A stretch of DNA of 57,176 bases from a virus (lineage: Duplodnaviria; Caudoviricetes). Made by a program: the position numbers and the translations under genes. A model generated the notes under the pieces. It searched no databases, was not told the DNA's origin, and saw nothing but the letters and a program-made list of their open reading frames with translations. The DNA lies in the IMG/VR virus record IMGVR_UViG_3300043446_003411, positions 1 to 57,176 of that record. The stretch is one strand, 5' to 3'. Positions 51,083-57,176 of this stretch are shown here, piece by piece (position 1 is the stretch's first letter; each line of letters begins with the position of its first letter).

Positions 51083-51550
51083 TTAACTTCCTATCTCGTA
51101 CAATCTTAGATAGTGATTTGTAGAACCACTATTGTATGTCCCAATCCAAGCCGTGCCTTGATGAGCCAGCGCTTGACCGGTGAAACTGTAAGTTCCGACA
51201 GAGGCCGGAGTATAGATAAACGTTCTCTCATAGAATCCAATATGCAAACTATGAGCACCCATATGACCGCCATGCATTACTTGAGTTCCGTTGCATAAGA
51301 CCCTATGATAAACCAAACACCAGTTTCCTTGAGCGTAATCATTTCTCGAATTCATAAGGTATTCGACAAGTATTTTATTTCCGGCTTTGCTTGTTGTTAT
51401 AGATGTTGTGAGAGTGTTGACCCAAGTAGCAGTTCCAACCGTTGTGTTTACTGTACTGGTGTTGTCCACAAACTGAATGACAGTGCCGGGGATATTAACA
51501 GCGCTTGACTCTGCGGTGATCTGCGTCCCATTGGAGAATTCGATGCCCAT
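51083..51550 (-). CDS. beta-rich tail-associated protein (paralogue 3 of 3)
   Basis: MGIEFSNG...PG.VIQ...EI. Confidence 0.7.
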   Translation of the reverse strand: MGIEFSNGTQITAESSAVNIPGTVIQFVDNTSTVNTTVGTATWVNTLTTSITTSKAGNKILVEYLMNSRNDYAQGNWCLVYHRVLCNGTQVMHGGHMGAHSLHIGFYERTFIYTPASVGTYSFTGQALAHQGTAWIGTYNSGSTNHYLRLYEIGS

Positions 51551-52029
51551 TAGACCGCAATCTCCGTTAATCGCATGTATGCAGGAGTACCGTCAGAGCC
51601 TGTACCGAAGGTTGTTGAAGATGCTTGATACGACCAGCCTCGACATTTGTAGGAGTGTGGACCAACGGAACCCGGCGTGTGAATAGCAACACGATGAATG
51701 TGACGAATAGTATTTGTATACTCACCATTATATCCACTATAAGACAACTGAGTTCCGGTCTGCACATGAACTATATCCATATAATGCAAATTCCATACGT
51801 TGTCTCCCCAGTCGTTTGAACGGTTGTCACTATGCAATTCAATTAAGACTTTATTACTTGCGCTGGTCAAAGTAATTGTGTCGCTTGTGAAAAAGTCTAC
51901 TGCGCTTGTGCTACTCGTTGCCATACCACTAGTGTTTAACGTGTGCACCGTCTGGACGATGTGTCCGGGCATGCTGATCTTGTTGCTTACCTCGGTTATT
52001 TGTTTAGAGTTGCTAAATATGATGGCCAT
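51550..52029 (-). CDS. beta-rich tail-associated protein (paralogue 2 of 3)
   Basis: MAIIFSNS...PG.IVQ...EIA. Confidence 0.7.
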   Translation of the reverse strand: MAIIFSNSKQITEVSNKISMPGHIVQTVHTLNTSGMATSSTSAVDFFTSDTITLTSASNKVLIELHSDNRSNDWGDNVWNLHYMDIVHVQTGTQLSYSGYNGEYTNTIRHIHRVAIHTPGSVGPHSYKCRGWSYQASSTTFGTGSDGTPAYMRLTEIAV

Positions 52030-52508
52030 TATGTTGCAAACTCTATTAATCGAATGTGGCTTATTCCATCATGTGCACAAGACGTATTGCAAACATGAGT
52101 GCCGCTCGGGTAGTTTCCGAACCTGAGGCTGTAAGTCTGAGCAGAGGTACTTGCGGGCGAGTGCAGGAAGTGCTTAGACCAATCGTAGATCACCATTCTC
52201 CACGTCCCATTCCATCCGCTTCGGCCTAGCGCTACGTTCTGCGTATTATTGTGAACCCAAAAATAGCCAAGGCTCCAACTGCCATCCGCAATGTCTCCAC
52301 GAAAGTGACAATTGACGTAAATGAGTATTTGACTCGTCGTAGATGTTGGGGTTATCGTTGCGGTCGCAATCTCGTTTTGGGTCGACCAGTTATTTACGGA
52401 AAGAGTTGCGGTAAAAGGGTTATCAACAATTTGAATAACTTTTTTGGGATAGGATATTTTTCCAGCGCCGACTTCGGTTATTGTGTTGTTAGGAAATACT
52501 ATAGCCAT
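52029..52508 (-). CDS. beta-rich tail-associated protein (paralogue 1 of 3)
   Basis: MAIVFPNN...VIQ...ITPTSTTS.IL...EFA. Confidence 0.7.
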   Translation of the reverse strand: MAIVFPNNTITEVGAGKISYPKKVIQIVDNPFTATLSVNNWSTQNEIATATITPTSTTSQILIYVNCHFRGDIADGSWSLGYFWVHNNTQNVALGRSGWNGTWRMVIYDWSKHFLHSPASTSAQTYSLRFGNYPSGTHVCNTSCAHDGISHIRLIEFAT

Positions 52509-54015
52509 ATTGGTACTCCCTAATATTTTGAATGAATTCGGTGTTGTCGAGCATACGTTCCATGATCGCTTCGGCGTTATACTCTCCCACCTCCCAGACG
52601 GTTTTGGCGAGATCGTGCTGGCCGAAGAAATCCAATTCTCTTTGCGCTTCCTTTTTGCCGAAGTAGCCGAGACCGATAAGAATCCAGTTATAGAGTGATG
52701 CTCCGGCGTGTCCCGGATATTGCTCTAAATCGTTTGGTCTAAGCATTCTGCACTTTTGAAGTTCAATAATCATTTTGCTGGATTCGGTGAGCGGTTCTCC
52801 GGTCCCCATCCAGCGCCAAAACTCAGAGTCTGTTCTTTGACTCGCGTAGTGAATATTCAGAAAATCTTTAAAGTCATCGTACATCTTTGACATTACGCGA
52901 TTGTATATCCCAACAGACGCTTCGTTGCATGTGTCTTCGCGAGTGTCTCTAAGATATTGAAACACAAATGTGTTTAGTTGGATTACGGTGCTATGAATAC
53001 TTGTCGCCTCAAGAGGCTCCGCGAACGCAGCAGACAGGCCTGTGAAAAGACAGTTCTTAAACCAAAGTTTTTCTGAGCGTCCGGTTTCAAAATTGAACAC
53101 ACGGATTGGTTCGATCTCTCTGCCCAGAGTATTTTCAATCTCAGCAAGAGCATCCCCATGAGAAACAAATGAATCATCAAACACATAGCCACAACCCCAG
53201 CGGTCCTGCGTTGGGATCATCCACATCCATCCCGCTTTCTGTGCCCAAGCAATCGTGACAGGATCGATTTTCTCGTCTTCCTCGTGAGGAATAAGAAATG
53301 GCATTGCGGTATTGACGGGAAGGTGTTCCCGATAAGACCTCCAACCAATCCCTAGTCTCTTTGCGAACACACGAGCAAAACCCGTGCAGTCAACAAAGAA
53401 ATCTGCTTCTATCGTCTGGCCGTTGCTGAGGTTGATTGATGTTATGAATCCCGTTTCATCAACGGCAATGTCCACAACTTCGGAGTCAATGCTAGTTACG
53501 CCTTCTCCGCAAACCTTTTTAAAATACTTGCCGACCTTATGGGCGTCAAAGTGATATGCGTGACTATGCATGTTGATGATCTTCTCGGTCTTTTCTTCGG
53601 GGTAAAAAGACGACAGGGATCTTTCAATATACTTTCCGTCAAGACTTGCGGTATGAAAGGGCAAATCATTAACAAGAGCATGACAAAGTAGATAGTCTGT
53701 TCCAACGGAATTTGAGGTCGGGCCATCAAGCGGAGCAATATACTCATGACCGAGTTCCCTCCAGTCACGATGCTTAATGCCGAGTTTTATTGTCGCATTG
53801 GTTTCGCGAAGAAAATCCCCCTCATCGCATCCGTAGTCCCATGCATTGCCTTGAATGATGTCTGTTAGATATCCGGTGCTGCCTTCACCTGCGCCAACGA
53901 TTCCAATTTTGCTGGACTCAATGACGGTCACATCATGGCTATCGCCCTGAACTTTTGTGATCATTAGCGCGGCCAGCCAGCCTGCTGTTCCTCCGCCGAC
54001 AATCGCAATCCTCAT
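52489..54015 (-). CDS. flavin-dependent (tryptophan) halogenase family protein
   Basis: GGGTAGW, GAGEGS, ATIKLGI (catalytic Lys), WMWMIP, FAEPLEATSI. Confidence 0.92.
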   Translation of the reverse strand: MRIAIVGGGTAGWLAALMITKVQGDSHDVTVIESSKIGIVGAGEGSTGYLTDIIQGNAWDYGCDEGDFLRETNATIKLGIKHRDWRELGHEYIAPLDGPTSNSVGTDYLLCHALVNDLPFHTASLDGKYIERSLSSFYPEEKTEKIINMHSHAYHFDAHKVGKYFKKVCGEGVTSIDSEVVDIAVDETGFITSINLSNGQTIEADFFVDCTGFARVFAKRLGIGWRSYREHLPVNTAMPFLIPHEEDEKIDPVTIAWAQKAGWMWMIPTQDRWGCGYVFDDSFVSHGDALAEIENTLGREIEPIRVFNFETGRSEKLWFKNCLFTGLSAAFAEPLEATSIHSTVIQLNTFVFQYLRDTREDTCNEASVGIYNRVMSKMYDDFKDFLNIHYASQRTDSEFWRWMGTGEPLTESSKMIIELQKCRMLRPNDLEQYPGHAGASLYNWILIGLGYFGKKEAQRELDFFGQHDLAKTVWEVGEYNAEAIMERMLDNTEFIQNIREYQYGYSIS

Positions 54016-54386
54016 GGCGTATCTCCCGACTTTGGTGGAACAACAGACGGATCAACCTCAATTAAAGCGAACTTAAATGCTCTGCCGCTTTTATTGTTTA
54101 GAATGAATAGGTCTTCCTCGCCCTCAATGATGGTGTAATCACCTATACCATTGCTGAGATTAAGATCCTGCGTGTAAAGATTTCTCCATCGATATGTGGC
54201 AGACCCGAGATCATATGAGTTCGTTGTTGACGGGTAGATTGTCGCGGCAATCCCAGACAGCCCGTCAAGTTTATCGTTGGCTGTCTTGACGCCCAAGTCA
54301 ATCGTGTTCAGAGCAGAGGCGGATATCGCAGATGCAGTAGATGGGGCATCAACAAATCCACCAGCATAGGGTCTCGAATACGGCAT
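54012..54386 (-). CDS. tail fibre-associated protein
   Basis: YDLGS...RWRNLYT.DL.LSN....YTI.EGE.DLF..NN.SG..FKF motif seen in phage fibres. Confidence 0.75.
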   Translation of the reverse strand: MPYSRPYAGGFVDAPSTASAISASALNTIDLGVKTANDKLDGLSGIAATIYPSTTNSYDLGSATYRWRNLYTQDLNLSNGIGDYTIIEGEEDLFILNNKSGRAFKFALIEVDPSVVPPKSGDTP

Positions 54387-54715
54387 TAGGTAATCACCGA
54401 TCCGAAGAGGGAGAACGAGAGATTTGCGCTAGAAGCGTAGACCGTTACTACGTCCGTTGTTCCCAACGTGATGCCTATAGTTATTGCCACTGTGGACTTT
54501 GCGTAGACTGGCGAATCATAGAATATGTATTGACTCGCGGTTAATGTCGCCCCAACAGGACGGACCGCAAGACGAAACGTTGCATCGGACGTGCCCTGAT
54601 TACAGACAGTCAGTGTTGAGCACACGATGCTTGTTGATGACGGCACCGTATACATGTCTGTATTTGTTGTTGCCGATGGATTTGATTGTGCAATTACTTT
54701 ATATGCTGTAGCCAT
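54386..54715 (-). CDS. virion structural protein, paralogue of 50272..50682
   Basis: TNTDMYTVPS...LTVCNQ...FRLAVR. Confidence 0.7.
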   Translation of the reverse strand: MATAYKVIAQSNPSATTNTDMYTVPSSTSIVCSTLTVCNQGTSDATFRLAVRPVGATLTASQYIFYDSPVYAKSTVAITIGITLGTTDVVTVYASSANLSFSLFGSVIT

Positions 54716-54721
54716 TTGTTC

Positions 54722-56995
<2,274 letters not shown>

Positions 56996-57080
56996 TCACT
57001 GTCCCTCTGGCAAAAGAAACCTTTTCACATATTAGTTGCCGCAATATGCAAGATTAAATTGACCGTTTTTATTCTGTCCA

Positions 57081-57176
57081 TTATCTGTTCTCTAACTCAG
57101 CAATACGTTTCTTCAAGTCCTGCACCTCAGCGACAAGACAAGCGATCATGTCCCGTTCACGCCAGTTAATAGCCTG
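57081..57176 (-). CDS. 3' end of a fibre protein (intramolecular chaperone-like coiled coil), partial
   Basis: ...INWRERDMIACLVAEVQDLKKRIAELENR*. Confidence 0.6.
   Translation of the reverse strand, partial: QAINWRERDMIACLVAEVQDLKKRIAELENR

Overview
This window is a 57-kb slice of a large tailed dsDNA phage genome with no host genes. It is probably a myovirus-like actinobacterial phage, inferred from TGnTAnnnT promoters with leaderless starts, tRNAs lacking CCA, and the portal/terminase type. 1-33.8 kb (minus strand): replication and recombination genes (DnaB, DnaG, SSB, DnaE, RecA, two PD-(D/E)xK nucleases, RuvC, a sigma-region-4 protein) run directly into packaging and head genes (TerS, TerL, portal, large acidic head-region proteins). 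33.9-45.6 kb (plus strand): DnaC-like loader, class II RNR, a Ni/Co permease, holin and endolysin, glycosyl- and methyltransferases, a deaminase, an SNF2 helicase, an HNH nuclease and 8 tRNAs. 45.6-57.2 kb (minus strand): a SpoU methylase, tail-collar/fibre paralogues, a flavin halogenase and collagen-like fibres. The most unusual content is non-coding: five compact, heavily base-paired intergenic elements that I cannot assign to known families (10.5, 36.7, 38.6, 44.4 and 44.45 kb). Three of them carry 16S-3'-end/anti-Shine-Dalgarno sequence, in a phage whose host-type promoters often sit 6-7 nt before an ATG (leaderless). Other oddities are a tRNA-Ile(UAU), five phased G5 tracts at the strand switch and a shared N-terminal motif on head-region proteins. 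All calls come from motif reading by eye; no searches were run.
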